Positions 29,422 to 38,880 of a stretch of 64,000 nt of DNA are shown in pieces (position 1 is the first letter of the stretch; each line of letters opens with the position of its first letter). The position numbers and the translations under genes are program-made. This stretch comes from Bacteroidales bacterium (GTDB taxonomy: Bacteria; Bacteroidota; Bacteroidia; Bacteroidales; UBA932). The stretch is taken from positions 3,104 to 67,103 of the forward strand of contig JAFTWQ010000003.1 of NCBI GenBank assembly GCA_017465225.1. The letters run 5' to 3'. The notes under the pieces are model-generated. The model was not told where the DNA came from. It ran no database searches and saw nothing but the letters and a program-made list of their open reading frames with translations.

Positions 29422-30735
29422 ATGAGTTCATTTGTTGTAGAAGGCGGTTATAAGCTCAGCGGAGCTATCAGGCCGCAGGGTGCGAAGAATGAGGCCCTGC
29501 AGGTCATCAGCGCTGTGCTTCTGACCAAGGAGGAGGTGACCATCACCAATATTCCGGAGATTCTGGATGTGAAGAATCTGATCATTCTTCTGGAGGGGAT
29601 GGGTGTAAAGGTCACACGCCATGAGAAGGGTGTGTATACATTCAAGGCTGATGAGATCGATGCCGGTTATGTGATGAGCGCGGATTTTGTGGCGAAATGT
29701 GCGAAGCTCCGTGGCTCGGTGATGGTCGTGGGACCGCTTCTGGCGCGTTTCGGAAGGGCTTATTTCCCGAAGCCGGGCGGAGACCAGATCGGCCGCCGCA
29801 GGGTGGATACGCATATCCAGGGCTTCATGAACCTTGGCGCGGAGCAGGAATATGACTTCGACAAGAAGGCGTTCTATCTCCATGTGCCGGAGGGCAGGAA
29901 GCTTCAGGGACGCTATATGCTTCTCGATGAGGCGTCGGTTACCGGTACAGCCAATATCGTGATGGCTGCGGTCATGGCCGAGGGCGTTACTACAATCTAT
30001 AACGCCGCATGCGAACCATATCTCCAGCAGCTGTGCAGAATGCTCGTGAGGATGGGTGCGGATATCAAGGGCATCGGTTCCAATCTCCTGACAATCACTG
30101 GAGTTCCGCAGCTTGGGGGCACTGAACATAAGATACTTCCGGACATGATCGAGATCGGTTCGTTCATCGCTCTTGCAGCAATGAACAGAAGCTCCATCAC
30201 CATCAAGGATGTGGCATATGACGAACTGGGAATGATTCCTGATGTGTTCCGTAAGCTGGGCGTGAAGCTTGAGCGTCGCGCAGACGACATCTTCATCCCG
30301 GAGCAGGGGAGCTATGAGATCGATTCATTCATGGATGGTTCCATCCTCAATATCGCGGATGCTCCATGGCCGGGAATCTCGCCGGACCTCTTGAGTGTGA
30401 TTCTCGTGATGGCGACCCAGTGCAAGGGAAGCGTCCTGATCCATCAGAAGATGTTCGAGAGCCGTCTCTTCTTTGTGGACAAGCTCATAGACATGGGTGC
30501 GCAGATCATCCTTTGCGATCCGCACAGGGCCGTAGTGGTCGGCCATGACCATCGCTACCAGCTCCGCGCCGGCCGTATGGCTTCCCCAGATATCCGCGCC
30601 GGAATCGCCCTCCTGATCGCCGCCATGTCAGCCAAAGGCACCAGCGTCATCAGCAACATCGATCAGATCGACCGAGGCTACGAGGACATCGAGCTCCGTC
30701 TTAATGCCCTCGGTGCCCGCATCACCCGTCAGTAA
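29422..30735 (+). CDS. murA: UDP-N-acetylglucosamine 1-carboxyvinyltransferase
   Basis: GAKNEAL, LRGSV, PGGDQIGRR (Asp variant), SVTGTAN, DIRAG, IDRGYE. Confidence 0.97.
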   Translation: MSSFVVEGGYKLSGAIRPQGAKNEALQVISAVLLTKEEVTITNIPEILDVKNLIILLEGMGVKVTRHEKGVYTFKADEIDAGYVMSADFVAKCAKLRGSVMVVGPLLARFGRAYFPKPGGDQIGRRRVDTHIQGFMNLGAEQEYDFDKKAFYLHVPEGRKLQGRYMLLDEASVTGTANIVMAAVMAEGVTTIYNAACEPYLQQLCRMLVRMGADIKGIGSNLLTITGVPQLGGTEHKILPDMIEIGSFIALAAMNRSSITIKDVAYDELGMIPDVFRKLGVKLERRADDIFIPEQGSYEIDSFMDGSILNIADAPWPGISPDLLSVILVMATQCKGSVLIHQKMFESRLFFVDKLIDMGAQIILCDPHRAVVVGHDHRYQLRAGRMASPDIRAGIALLIAAMSAKGTSVISNIDQIDRGYEDIELRLNALGARITRQ

Positions 30736-30767
30736 CCATCAGGCGCATCCGGACGCCTAAACCATAA

Positions 30768-30886
30768 GTCAAAAGCACAAAATCGCCTGATTTTGTGCTT
30801 TTGACGTTAGAATTTTGCTTTGAAAGCATGAAATCGCCTGTTTTCGTGCTTTTAACCTTGGATTTGGACTTCGGAAGCACGAAAGG
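30768..30886. repeat. 51-bp-period palindromic mini-array, locus 3 (2 units plus truncated third)
   Basis: Units at 30772 and 30823, remnant at 30874; the first unit extends to perfect 17-bp arms (30768-30805). Confidence 0.85.
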
Positions 30887-30891
30887 TGGTG

Positions 30892-31563
30892 CTATTTCTT
30901 GCGGATGATGTTCAGGCCGTCGCGGAGGGGGAGGATGACGGATTCGACGCGGGGGTCGGATGAGACCATGTCGTTGAAGCGGGCGATGCCGAGGGTCTGT
31001 TTGTCCTGCGGGAGGGGATCCTGGCAGACCTTGCCGTCCCAGAGGACATTGTCGGCAAGGATGAGGCCGCCGGGACGGACCATGTCGAAGACGAGGTCAT
31101 AATACTCGCAGTATTCACGTTTGTTGGCGTCCATATACACGATGTCATAGAGCATGGCGGAATCGGCGGTAGAACCCTCTGTAAGGCCCATCTCGGTGCG
31201 GAAACGCTGGAGGGTCTCCTTGCAGTCTCCGATATGGAGCGCGATCTTGCCGGAGAGACCGGCACGGTCGAACCCTTCGAGGATAAGGTCCTCGAGTTCG
31301 TCGTTGAGTTCGAGTGTGTCGAGATGTCCGTCTTCAGGGAGGGCCGAGGCAAGGCTGATTGCGGAGTAGCCGGTGAATGTGCCCAGCTCCAGTATGCGCT
31401 TTGCCCCCGATGTCTGGACGATGATCCTTAAAAGCTCCCCTTGGATCGAGCCCGAAAGCATCCTCGCATGGTTGGTCCTGATATGGGTCTGCTTCGCCAC
31501 CCAGCTCATAGCCTCACTTTCACGAGTCGCGTGCTCCTCAATATATTTATATATATGTTCCAT
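30892..31563 (-). CDS. O-methyltransferase (Methyltransf_3 family)
   Basis: ILELGTFTGYSA, YMDANK, ADNVLWDGKV, LPLRDG. Confidence 0.93.
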   Translation of the reverse strand: MEHIYKYIEEHATRESEAMSWVAKQTHIRTNHARMLSGSIQGELLRIIVQTSGAKRILELGTFTGYSAISLASALPEDGHLDTLELNDELEDLILEGFDRAGLSGKIALHIGDCKETLQRFRTEMGLTEGSTADSAMLYDIVYMDANKREYCEYYDLVFDMVRPGGLILADNVLWDGKVCQDPLPQDKQTLGIARFNDMVSSDPRVESVILPLRDGLNIIRKK

Positions 31564-31578
31564 GATTATATTTGTCTT

Positions 31579-31621
31579 CTGATCTGCCTATGTGATTACT
31601 GTAATCACATAGGCAGATCAG
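31579..31621. repeat. Perfect 43-bp palindrome (21-bp arms, 1-nt spacer)
   Basis: ctgatctgcctatgtgattac-t-gtaatcacataggcagatcag. Confidence 0.9.
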
Positions 31622-32881
31622 TTAGATATAAATAAGTTTCGATACTTTGTCCTTGTCAAAAATCTTGACAGCCATCTCGCGGACATCCTCGGCTGTGATG
31701 CCTTCCACGAGCGACCTGTTCTCCTTTCCTGAACTGACCTTGCCGTAAGCCAGGAGGCCTTTGCCCATCGAAAGACACTGGGTCTCGCCGTTGTCCCCGC
31801 TGATGGCCAGCTGACCGAGAAGCTGCTTCTTCGCCGCCTTCAGCTTACGCTCCGACAAAGGCTCGCTCTGAAGCTTGGCGATCTCCTTGTCAATGGCCTT
31901 GAGGCATTTGTCGAGATTTGCCTTGTCGCATCCTAATGTGATGGCTACCAGACCGGTGTCGGCAAACTGGGTGTATCCGCATTCAACTCCATAGACCCAT
32001 CCGTATTTCTCACGAAGGATGGAGTTGAGGATGGAATTCGTAGCCGGGCCTCCGAGAATGTTGCACAGCAGGACTGTAGCCAGCCTTTCGCGTTCCTGAT
32101 ACAGGGACGGGGCGAGGGCTCCGATCACGCAGTTGGCCTGATGGTTCCTCTTGCTGATGGTCTTGTCGAACTGCTCCGCCACAGGGGTGGAGTAGCTGCC
32201 GCATGGGAACGGCCTTTCCTCGCATCCATGTGCAGAAGGACAATCGGCCTGACTGCCTCCGAAATACTTCTCTGCCAGTTTCAGTACCCCTTTCTCCATG
32301 CGCTCTTCATCTATGTCGGCGACGACCGTGAAGGCCATCCTGCATGGCTGGAACTTCTCCTTGACAAACTTCAGCAGCTCCTTCCTTGTTATCTTCTTTA
32401 CGGAAACCGTCGTGCCCAGGATGTTACCGCTGAGGGGATGTCCCTTGAAGATCATCTCCTCGAACCTGTCGTATATATCCTCCGAAGGGGTGTCCTTGTA
32501 TGAATGGATCTCATCGATCACGACTCCTTTCTCGGTCTGGATCTCATGTTCCGGAAAGGTCGGACATGTCGCGAGTTCAAGAAGAAGAGAGGCAGCCTTG
32601 CTGAGGTCCTCCTTCAGTACGGTGGCATGGAAGACTATCTCCTCCTTCGTCGTGAATGCATTCAGCTCGCCTCCGAGCCTGTCAAGGTAACTGTTTATTA
32701 CCGAGGCACTTCTATGTTCGGTCCCTTTGAATATGGTATGTTCGACGAAATGGGCGATACCGGCATGATATCCGGCCTCGTCCCTCGTTCCGCATCTTAT
32801 GCTCAATGCGCAATATCCTACGGCAGAACCGCTTTTCTTGACTGCATACTGCAGTCCGCAGCTTGCTTTCCCACTTATCAT
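31622..32881 (-). CDS. M16 (pitrilysin-like) zinc peptidase
   Basis: GIAHFVEHTIFKGT (HxxEH), NAFTTKE, EKGVVIDEI. Confidence 0.93.
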   Translation of the reverse strand: MISGKASCGLQYAVKKSGSAVGYCALSIRCGTRDEAGYHAGIAHFVEHTIFKGTEHRSASVINSYLDRLGGELNAFTTKEEIVFHATVLKEDLSKAASLLLELATCPTFPEHEIQTEKGVVIDEIHSYKDTPSEDIYDRFEEMIFKGHPLSGNILGTTVSVKKITRKELLKFVKEKFQPCRMAFTVVADIDEERMEKGVLKLAEKYFGGSQADCPSAHGCEERPFPCGSYSTPVAEQFDKTISKRNHQANCVIGALAPSLYQERERLATVLLCNILGGPATNSILNSILREKYGWVYGVECGYTQFADTGLVAITLGCDKANLDKCLKAIDKEIAKLQSEPLSERKLKAAKKQLLGQLAISGDNGETQCLSMGKGLLAYGKVSSGKENRSLVEGITAEDVREMAVKIFDKDKVSKLIYI

Positions 32882-32887
32882 GTCCCT

Positions 32888-33742
32888 CTATTTTTTTACT
32901 CTTGAAGCTGTGATCTTGCTGATGTCCTCCGGAAGGAATCCGGCTCCGGCCTTGTTTGTGATCTTGTGCTTGCGGAAATAATAAAGCTTATGCGTCTCCG
33001 AGTCGATGAGCATCTTGTAGCAGAAAGATCCCCTGACAGGTTCAGTCGGTACGGCCACATAGCTGACAAGCGTACCGGGAGCATTATCAAGCATGTACTG
33101 GTCGGCGCTGTCCTCGTCCGTGAGGATCATCTCGTCGTCAAACGACCTGTCGATTACAGCCTGTGACACAAGACTGTTGAGGTCGTCTTCAGAGAAAACG
33201 ATGGTCATGCCTCCGGCCTTGTGGATGTTCTTTGTCGTGTTTGCAAGGCCTCCATAAGCGTTGAAGTCGGTCTCCATGGCCTCGAGGGTCTGGTTCTGGA
33301 TGATGTCCAGGAATGCAGGAAGGAATATGAGCTCCCTTCCTGAAGGGTATTCGGCTGATGCGAAAGGAAGCGAAACCACCTCAAGCATGTCACCTATGCC
33401 CTTGTCGGCCCCCTTGCCTCCCTTCACCAATGAAAGGAACTGGAGTCCGGGTGCTGTCTCCTTGCGGAACTGCCCCTGCGCAAGCAGCAGGAAATAATAC
33501 TGGTCGCTGTTCTTGAGCTTCTCGAATTCTTCGAGTGTGCAGAACTCGTACGGCGATATCCTCCACCTTGCGGTGATCTCATCTTTAAGGGATGTGTCAT
33601 AGAACGGATTGCCGTTGAGGACTACCTTCGTTATCTTCTGCGTGAAATCTTCAATCTTCACTTTCTTGGTCGTGATCTGCGCCTGTGCGCCGGCCATTAA
33701 AGGCATCAGTATCGTTGCAAACAGTATGATGAGTTTTTTCAT
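32888..33742 (-). CDS. Hypothetical secreted protein
   Basis: Signal peptide MKKLIILFATILMPLMAGAQA; host-like codon usage. Confidence 0.75.
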   Translation of the reverse strand: MKKLIILFATILMPLMAGAQAQITTKKVKIEDFTQKITKVVLNGNPFYDTSLKDEITARWRISPYEFCTLEEFEKLKNSDQYYFLLLAQGQFRKETAPGLQFLSLVKGGKGADKGIGDMLEVVSLPFASAEYPSGRELIFLPAFLDIIQNQTLEAMETDFNAYGGLANTTKNIHKAGGMTIVFSEDDLNSLVSQAVIDRSFDDEMILTDEDSADQYMLDNAPGTLVSYVAVPTEPVRGSFCYKMLIDSETHKLYYFRKHKITNKAGAGFLPEDISKITASRVKK

Positions 33743-33773
33743 GTCAATAATTGATGTAATGCGTAATCGGGTG

Positions 33774-33802
33774 CAAAGTTAACAAAAATAGTGCTATATT
33801 TG
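33774..33802. promoter_or_regulatory. Divergent Bacteroidetes -7 elements
   Basis: TAACTTTG on the minus strand (33774-33781) and TATATTTG on the plus strand (33795-33802). Confidence 0.6.
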
Positions 33803-33823
33803 TAAGTTGACCAAAGAACGGAT

Positions 33824-35566
33824 ATGTCACAGTATATAGTTTCAGCAAGAAAGTACAGGCCTGACTCCTTCGGGACATTGATCGGCCAGGACAATATCGC
33901 CCAGACCCTCAAGAATTCGATCCTGAGGGGCCAGCTGGCGCATGCATACCTCTTCTGCGGACCGCGCGGAGTCGGCAAGACCACGACGGCGCGTATCTTC
34001 GCGAAGATGATCAACTGCTCGAACCCTTCGGCTGACATGGAGCCGTGCGGAACATGCGAGTCGTGCCAGTCGTTTGCAGAAGGACGCTCATACTGCATCC
34101 ATGAGCTCGATGCCGCTTCGAACAACGGTGTCGAGGACATCAAGACCCTGATGGATCAGGTGCGCATACCTCCGCAGGTGGGAAAATACAGCGTATACAT
34201 CATCGACGAGGTCCATATGCTGTCGCAGGCCGCATTCAATGCATTCCTCAAGACATTGGAGGAACCGCCTGCACATGCGATCTTCATTCTTGCGACTACA
34301 GAGAAACATAAGATCCTGCCGACTATCCTTTCGCGTTGCCAGACCTATGATTTCAACAGGATCACGGTCGACAATATCGTGAAGAATCTGCGTATGGTGG
34401 CTTCCAGCGAGGGTGTGACCATCGATGACGAGTCGCTCCATGTGATCGCTCATAAGGCAGACGGAGCCATGCGTGACGCCCTCACCATCTTCGACCAGAC
34501 GGTGGCGTTCTGTGGCACGGACGTGAAATACCAGGATGTGCTCCGCAACCTCAATGTCCTCGACTATGAGTACAGCTTCTCATTGGTCGACGCATTCCTG
34601 AAAGGCGACTATCCGACCGCCTTGATCGCATTTGACGAAATTCTGACAAAAGGATTCAATGCCCTCCATTTCGTTGCGGCATTGTCTTCGCATCTTCGCG
34701 ACCTGATCGTCAGCAAGAGCGGAGGTCTGGAGGCTCTTCTCGAGCTTCCGGATTCCCTGAAGAAAAGATATAAGGAACAGGCGGACAGATGTCCTCTTCC
34801 TTTCCTGTATGAGGCGCTCGGTATCACTACCCAGTGCGAGTCCGGCTACAGGGCAAGCGTGAACCCTCGTCTTCATATCGAGTTCGCGCTCATGCGTCTG
34901 AGCTTCATCTGCGGCAAGCTAAGCGCTCCGCAGCCGACAGCGCAGCCAGCCGCACAGGCCCCGGTTCAGGCCGCTCCGGCCCAGGTGGCTCCTGTGGCAC
35001 CAGCTCCAGCTCCGGCTCCAGCGCCTGTCCAGTCGGCCCCTGTGCCTCCTGCTCCGGCAGCCGAACCTTCGCAGCCGGAACAGCCGCGTGAACGTCGTGC
35101 AAGGGCTGCCCGAGGTGGCGCATCGCTTTCGATGAAGGCCGCGATGCAGGATACTCCTGCTGCAGAAGCCGTTGCCGCTGCCGAGACTCCGATCCCTTCG
35201 GATGAGATACTGAAGGCAAAATGGCCGGAACTCGCGAAACTTTATGGTGACAAGCCGAGACTTGCAAGCATGCTCACAAGCACTACCCTTCAGATCGAAG
35301 AGGGAGATGATGCGAAGACTGTGATATTCAGGGTGGTGAACGATGCCCAGAAGGACTGGGTGGAGTCGAAGCTTCTGCATGAGCTGGAAGGAAACTTCAG
35401 GAAGATCGTCGGCTCGATGAAGGTATATTTGCGTGTGACTGTGATGCCGGATGATGCTCCGGAGCAGAAGAAGGTCTACATGCCGAGCGAGCAGGCCAAG
35501 GAACTGATGGCGCAGAATGAAGAGGTGAAGAGCCTTGTGAAGGATCTTGAACTAGATATAAAATAG
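33824..35566 (+). CDS. dnaX: DNA polymerase III subunit gamma/tau
   Basis: ARKYRP, GPRGVGKTT, IIDEVHML, SRCQ, GAMRDAL; Pro/Ala linker. Confidence 0.97.
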   Translation: MSQYIVSARKYRPDSFGTLIGQDNIAQTLKNSILRGQLAHAYLFCGPRGVGKTTTARIFAKMINCSNPSADMEPCGTCESCQSFAEGRSYCIHELDAASNNGVEDIKTLMDQVRIPPQVGKYSVYIIDEVHMLSQAAFNAFLKTLEEPPAHAIFILATTEKHKILPTILSRCQTYDFNRITVDNIVKNLRMVASSEGVTIDDESLHVIAHKADGAMRDALTIFDQTVAFCGTDVKYQDVLRNLNVLDYEYSFSLVDAFLKGDYPTALIAFDEILTKGFNALHFVAALSSHLRDLIVSKSGGLEALLELPDSLKKRYKEQADRCPLPFLYEALGITTQCESGYRASVNPRLHIEFALMRLSFICGKLSAPQPTAQPAAQAPVQAAPAQVAPVAPAPAPAPAPVQSAPVPPAPAAEPSQPEQPRERRARAARGGASLSMKAAMQDTPAAEAVAAAETPIPSDEILKAKWPELAKLYGDKPRLASMLTSTTLQIEEGDDAKTVIFRVVNDAQKDWVESKLLHELEGNFRKIVGSMKVYLRVTVMPDDAPEQKKVYMPSEQAKELMAQNEEVKSLVKDLELDIK

Positions 35567-35594
35567 CCTTTGAGAGGCGTATAAAGCGGATTTT

Positions 35595-36407
35595 ATGAAA
35601 CTACGTTGCGAAAATCTTGTCAAGAAGTACGGACCTAGAACGGTCGTGAAGGGTGTGTCGATGGAAGTCGAGCAGGGAGAGATCGTGGGATTCCTCGGAC
35701 CTAACGGAGCCGGAAAGACGACGAGCTTCTATATGATCACCGGACTTATCGTGCCGAATGCCGGAAGGATATTCCTTGATGACGAGGAAATCACCGGCCT
35801 GCCTATGTTCAAGCGCGCCCAGAAGGGTGTCGGCTACCTCGCCCAGGAGGCTTCGGTATTCCGTCACATGACCGTAGAGGACAATATCATGTCGGTGATG
35901 GAAATGTCGAAGCAGTATACGAAGGCGGAAAGGAAACAGCGTCTGGAGGAGCTTCTCGATGAGTTCAATCTACATAAGGTGCGCAAGAGCAAGGGAATCC
36001 AGCTTTCGGGAGGTGAGCGCCGCCGTTGCGAGATTGCGCGTGCCCTCGCCATCGACCCGAAGTTCATCCTTCTCGATGAGCCTTTTGCCGGTGTCGACCC
36101 TATCGCCGTCGAGGATATCCAGTACATCATCGCAAAGCTGAAATACAAGAATATCGGAGTCATCATCACCGACCATAATGTTGGTGAAACCCTCGCGATC
36201 ATCGACCGTGCATACCTTCTTTATGAGGGATCCATCCTCCAGCAGGGTACTCCGGAAGACCTCGCGGCAGACGATGAGGTGCGTACCAAGTATCTCGGTT
36301 CGAACTTCGTCCTCAAGCGCTCGGCTGCCTTCCTCCGCGCAGAAAAGGGCGGTCCCCAGCGTATCAATACCAAGGAGGAACACGAAGCCGCTGCGGCTGA
36401 AGAGTAA
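35595..36407 (+). CDS. lptB: LPS export ABC transporter ATP-binding protein
   Basis: GPNGAGKTT, YLAQEASVF, LSGGERRR, DEPFAGVDP, ITDHNV. Confidence 0.95.
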   Translation: MKLRCENLVKKYGPRTVVKGVSMEVEQGEIVGFLGPNGAGKTTSFYMITGLIVPNAGRIFLDDEEITGLPMFKRAQKGVGYLAQEASVFRHMTVEDNIMSVMEMSKQYTKAERKQRLEELLDEFNLHKVRKSKGIQLSGGERRRCEIARALAIDPKFILLDEPFAGVDPIAVEDIQYIIAKLKYKNIGVIITDHNVGETLAIIDRAYLLYEGSILQQGTPEDLAADDEVRTKYLGSNFVLKRSAAFLRAEKGGPQRINTKEEHEAAAAEE

Positions 36408-36456
36408 AACAAAAAACCGGTCACATCGTCGATGTGACCGGTTTTTTGTTTTACTC
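36402..36456. terminator. Bidirectional intrinsic terminator, perfect 55-bp palindrome
   Basis: 27-bp perfect arms with A/T tracts between convergent lptB and efp. Confidence 0.9.
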
Positions 36457-36461
36457 CGTCA

Positions 36462-37028
36462 TTACTTCACACGCTCACCATATGAACGGTCAGTAGTGTT
36501 CACGCGGATCTTCTCTCCGATGTTGATGAAGAGAGGTGCCATGATGATGGCGCCAGTCTCGAGAGTGATCTCCTTCTGTGCGTTTGTAGAAGCTGTATCG
36601 CCCTTTACTGCAGGCTCTGTGTAGGTAACCTCAAGCTCTACATATGTAGGGAGCTCGCAAGTGAGGCAGCGCTCCTCGTCAGCGAGGAACATCATCTCAA
36701 CGTGCTGGCCCTCCTTCATGAGGTCTGCGTTGTCAACGAGGTCAGTGTCGAGGTGGATCTGCTCGTAAGTCTCCTCGTGCATGAAGTTGAATCCGTCCTC
36801 ATCCTTGTAAAGGAACTGATATGGTCTTCTCTCCACGTTGATTGTGTCGATCTTTGCACCTGCTGTGAATGTGTTCTCGAGGATACGTCCGTTCTCGAGG
36901 TTTCTGAGTTTTGTCTTTACGAAAGCTGGACCCTTTCCTGGCTTAACGTGCTGGAACCATACGATCTGGCATGGCTTGCCGTTGTAGTTAAGGTAAAGTC
37001 CGTTCTTGAAATCAGCTGTTGTTGCCAT
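36462..37028 (-). CDS. efp: Elongation factor P
   Basis: HVKPGKGPAFVKTKL, KGDT, LETG. Confidence 0.98.
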   Translation of the reverse strand: MATTADFKNGLYLNYNGKPCQIVWFQHVKPGKGPAFVKTKLRNLENGRILENTFTAGAKIDTINVERRPYQFLYKDEDGFNFMHEETYEQIHLDTDLVDNADLMKEGQHVEMMFLADEERCLTCELPTYVELEVTYTEPAVKGDTASTNAQKEITLETGAIIMAPLFINIGEKIRVNTTDRSYGERVK

Positions 37029-37072
37029 AATATAAAATGTTAATTAATATTTCGTTTTTACAAAAGCGGCTG

Positions 37073-37080
37073 CAAAATTA
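37073..37080 (-). promoter_or_regulatory. Bacteroidetes -7 promoter element for efp
   Basis: TAATTTTG on the minus strand. Confidence 0.55.
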
Positions 37081-37107
37081 TAAAAATGTCTGCTTACTGC
37101 CAAATTT

Positions 37108-38103
37108 TTACTGATTATCAGTCTTTTCGCCGTCTGCGAACTTCTCTTCCCATGCCGGTACATACTTGTTGAGGTCGAGGATATGCTCCGCTGTCTCTTC
37201 GAGCAGCCATTTCGGGGTCGATGTCGCACCGCAGACGCCGACCTTGTCATCGGCACGGAACCATTCCCTCTTGATCTCGGCTGGTCCGTCGATGTGGTAT
37301 GTCCTGATGTTCAGCGACTTGCAGAGGTCGCAGAGGACCTTTCCGTTGGAGCTTGCCTTTCCTGAAACGAAGATGATCACGTCATGCTCAAGGGCGAATT
37401 TCGAAAGCCTTTCGTGGCGTGTCGCTACCTGCGAGCATATGGTGTCATGCACATTCAGAAGGCCTCTGCCCTTGAATCTCTCTACCGAAAGCTCATTGTA
37501 CTGCGCCATCCCTTCCTCCAGTCTTGCGCAGAGCCTTGAATACTCTGCCGGACTTTTTGTTGTCTGGCTGAACACTTCGGTAGGGACGTCAAGCCTTATT
37601 GTGCCGTCCTCTATCAGGTCTTCAAGCATGATAGTGTTCTCGACCACTATCGCTGTGCCGTCGGTCTGGCCTATGAGACCGAGGACTTCTGCATGACCAA
37701 TCTTTCCGAATATGATGATCTGGCCTGTCCCTGCCTTGAGGTGGGCGTCATATGCTTCCTTTATCCTTTTCTGGAGCTTGAGCACTACGGGACATGTACA
37801 GTCGATTATGCTGAATCCGAGACTTCCCGCCTTTTCATAGGTCTGTGGCGGCTCGCCATGGGCTCTGATCAGCAGCACCTCCCCTTGGGCATCCACCATT
37901 TCTTCAAGGTCCTCCTTGTCGATGGTCACGAGTCCCTGGTTTATGAGCCTTCCGAGCTCTGCGTCATTATGGACAATGGCTCCTAGTGAGTAGAGGCGTC
38001 TGCCTTCCTCGGTGCCGGCCTGCAGGTATTCTTCGGCTTTCCCGATGGCACGGATAACGCCCGCGCAGAATCCTGAGTTGCTGTCAATGTCAACGGTAAG
38101 CAT
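37108..38103 (-). CDS. ispH: 4-hydroxy-3-methylbut-2-enyl diphosphate reductase
   Basis: GFCAGV, IVHN, RAHG, DCTCPVV, HAEV, QTT, TIC, SSN, GATSTP. Confidence 0.96.
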   Translation of the reverse strand: MLTVDIDSNSGFCAGVIRAIGKAEEYLQAGTEEGRRLYSLGAIVHNDAELGRLINQGLVTIDKEDLEEMVDAQGEVLLIRAHGEPPQTYEKAGSLGFSIIDCTCPVVLKLQKRIKEAYDAHLKAGTGQIIIFGKIGHAEVLGLIGQTDGTAIVVENTIMLEDLIEDGTIRLDVPTEVFSQTTKSPAEYSRLCARLEEGMAQYNELSVERFKGRGLLNVHDTICSQVATRHERLSKFALEHDVIIFVSGKASSNGKVLCDLCKSLNIRTYHIDGPAEIKREWFRADDKVGVCGATSTPKWLLEETAEHILDLNKYVPAWEEKFADGEKTDNQ

Positions 38104-38115
38104 AATCTTGTATGT

Positions 38116-38796
38116 TTAGAGCCCGAAACGCTCTCTGATGATTTCCTTTATCCAGACCATCTGGTCTTCCATGGTCATATGTGAGTTGTCGAGCACGATA
38201 GCATCCGCCGCCTGTGTGAGAGGGGATGTCGCCCTGTGGGAGTCGATGTAGTCACGCTCCTGAAGGTTCTTCAGCACGTCGTTGATGTCTACATCCTGAC
38301 CTTTCGCACGCATTTCGGCGGCTCTTCTCTCTGCTCTTATCATCGGCTCGGCCGTCATGAATATCTTGAGTTCCGCGTCAGGGAATACGGTGGTTCCGAT
38401 GTCCCTTCCGTCCATTACGATGCGTTTGTTCTTTCCGAATTCGCGGAGCTTCCTGTCCACGAAGTTACGCACTTCAGGTACGGTCGCGATAGGGCTGACC
38501 TTGCCGGCCACAGCCAGCGACCTGATCTCCTTTTCGATGCATCTGTCGCCGATGTATGTGCCGCCTTCTCCGAAATGAAGATCGAGATTTTCCATCGCCT
38601 TTTCAAGTCCGGGCACGTCAATTGTACAGTCATCGGTGATGAATCCGTTCTCAATGGCGAATAAAGTGACCCCTCTGTAGAGGGCTCCGGAATCAAGATA
38701 CAGGAAAGAGAACTCGTTTGCTATGATTTTTGCAAAGGAGCTTTTTCCGGTTGAAGAGTAGCCGTCGATGGCTATTATGATATCAGGTATTTGCAT
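38116..38796 (-). CDS. cmk: Cytidylate kinase
   Basis: IAIDGYSSTGKS, DSGALYR, MDGRDIGTTVFPDA; start trimmed to the ATG at 38796. Confidence 0.96.
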   Translation of the reverse strand: MQIPDIIIAIDGYSSTGKSSFAKIIANEFSFLYLDSGALYRGVTLFAIENGFITDDCTIDVPGLEKAMENLDLHFGEGGTYIGDRCIEKEIRSLAVAGKVSPIATVPEVRNFVDRKLREFGKNKRIVMDGRDIGTTVFPDAELKIFMTAEPMIRAERRAAEMRAKGQDVDINDVLKNLQERDYIDSHRATSPLTQAADAIVLDNSHMTMEDQMVWIKEIIRERFGL

Positions 38797-38880
38797 GTGA
38801 ATCATTAAAATCAAGCAAAAATATAAAATATTGTGTAAACTCCCAAAAATGTCGATATTTGTAAATCTAATGTTATACTC

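Noticed and set aside
29760-29810. MurA active-site Asp in place of Cys (PGGDQIGRR)
   Set aside because: A known variant linked to intrinsic fosfomycin resistance and usual in Bacteroidetes; not novel.
15444-30886. Calling the 51-bp-period arrays CRISPR
   Set aside because: Only 2-3 units per locus, degenerate repeats, 21-nt spacers with partly shared edges, and no cas genes or leader. Kept as an unexplained repeat.
34900-35200. Programmed frameshift in dnaX
   Set aside because: No slippery A-run is visible after domain III. The frame is continuous through an ordinary Pro/Ala linker.
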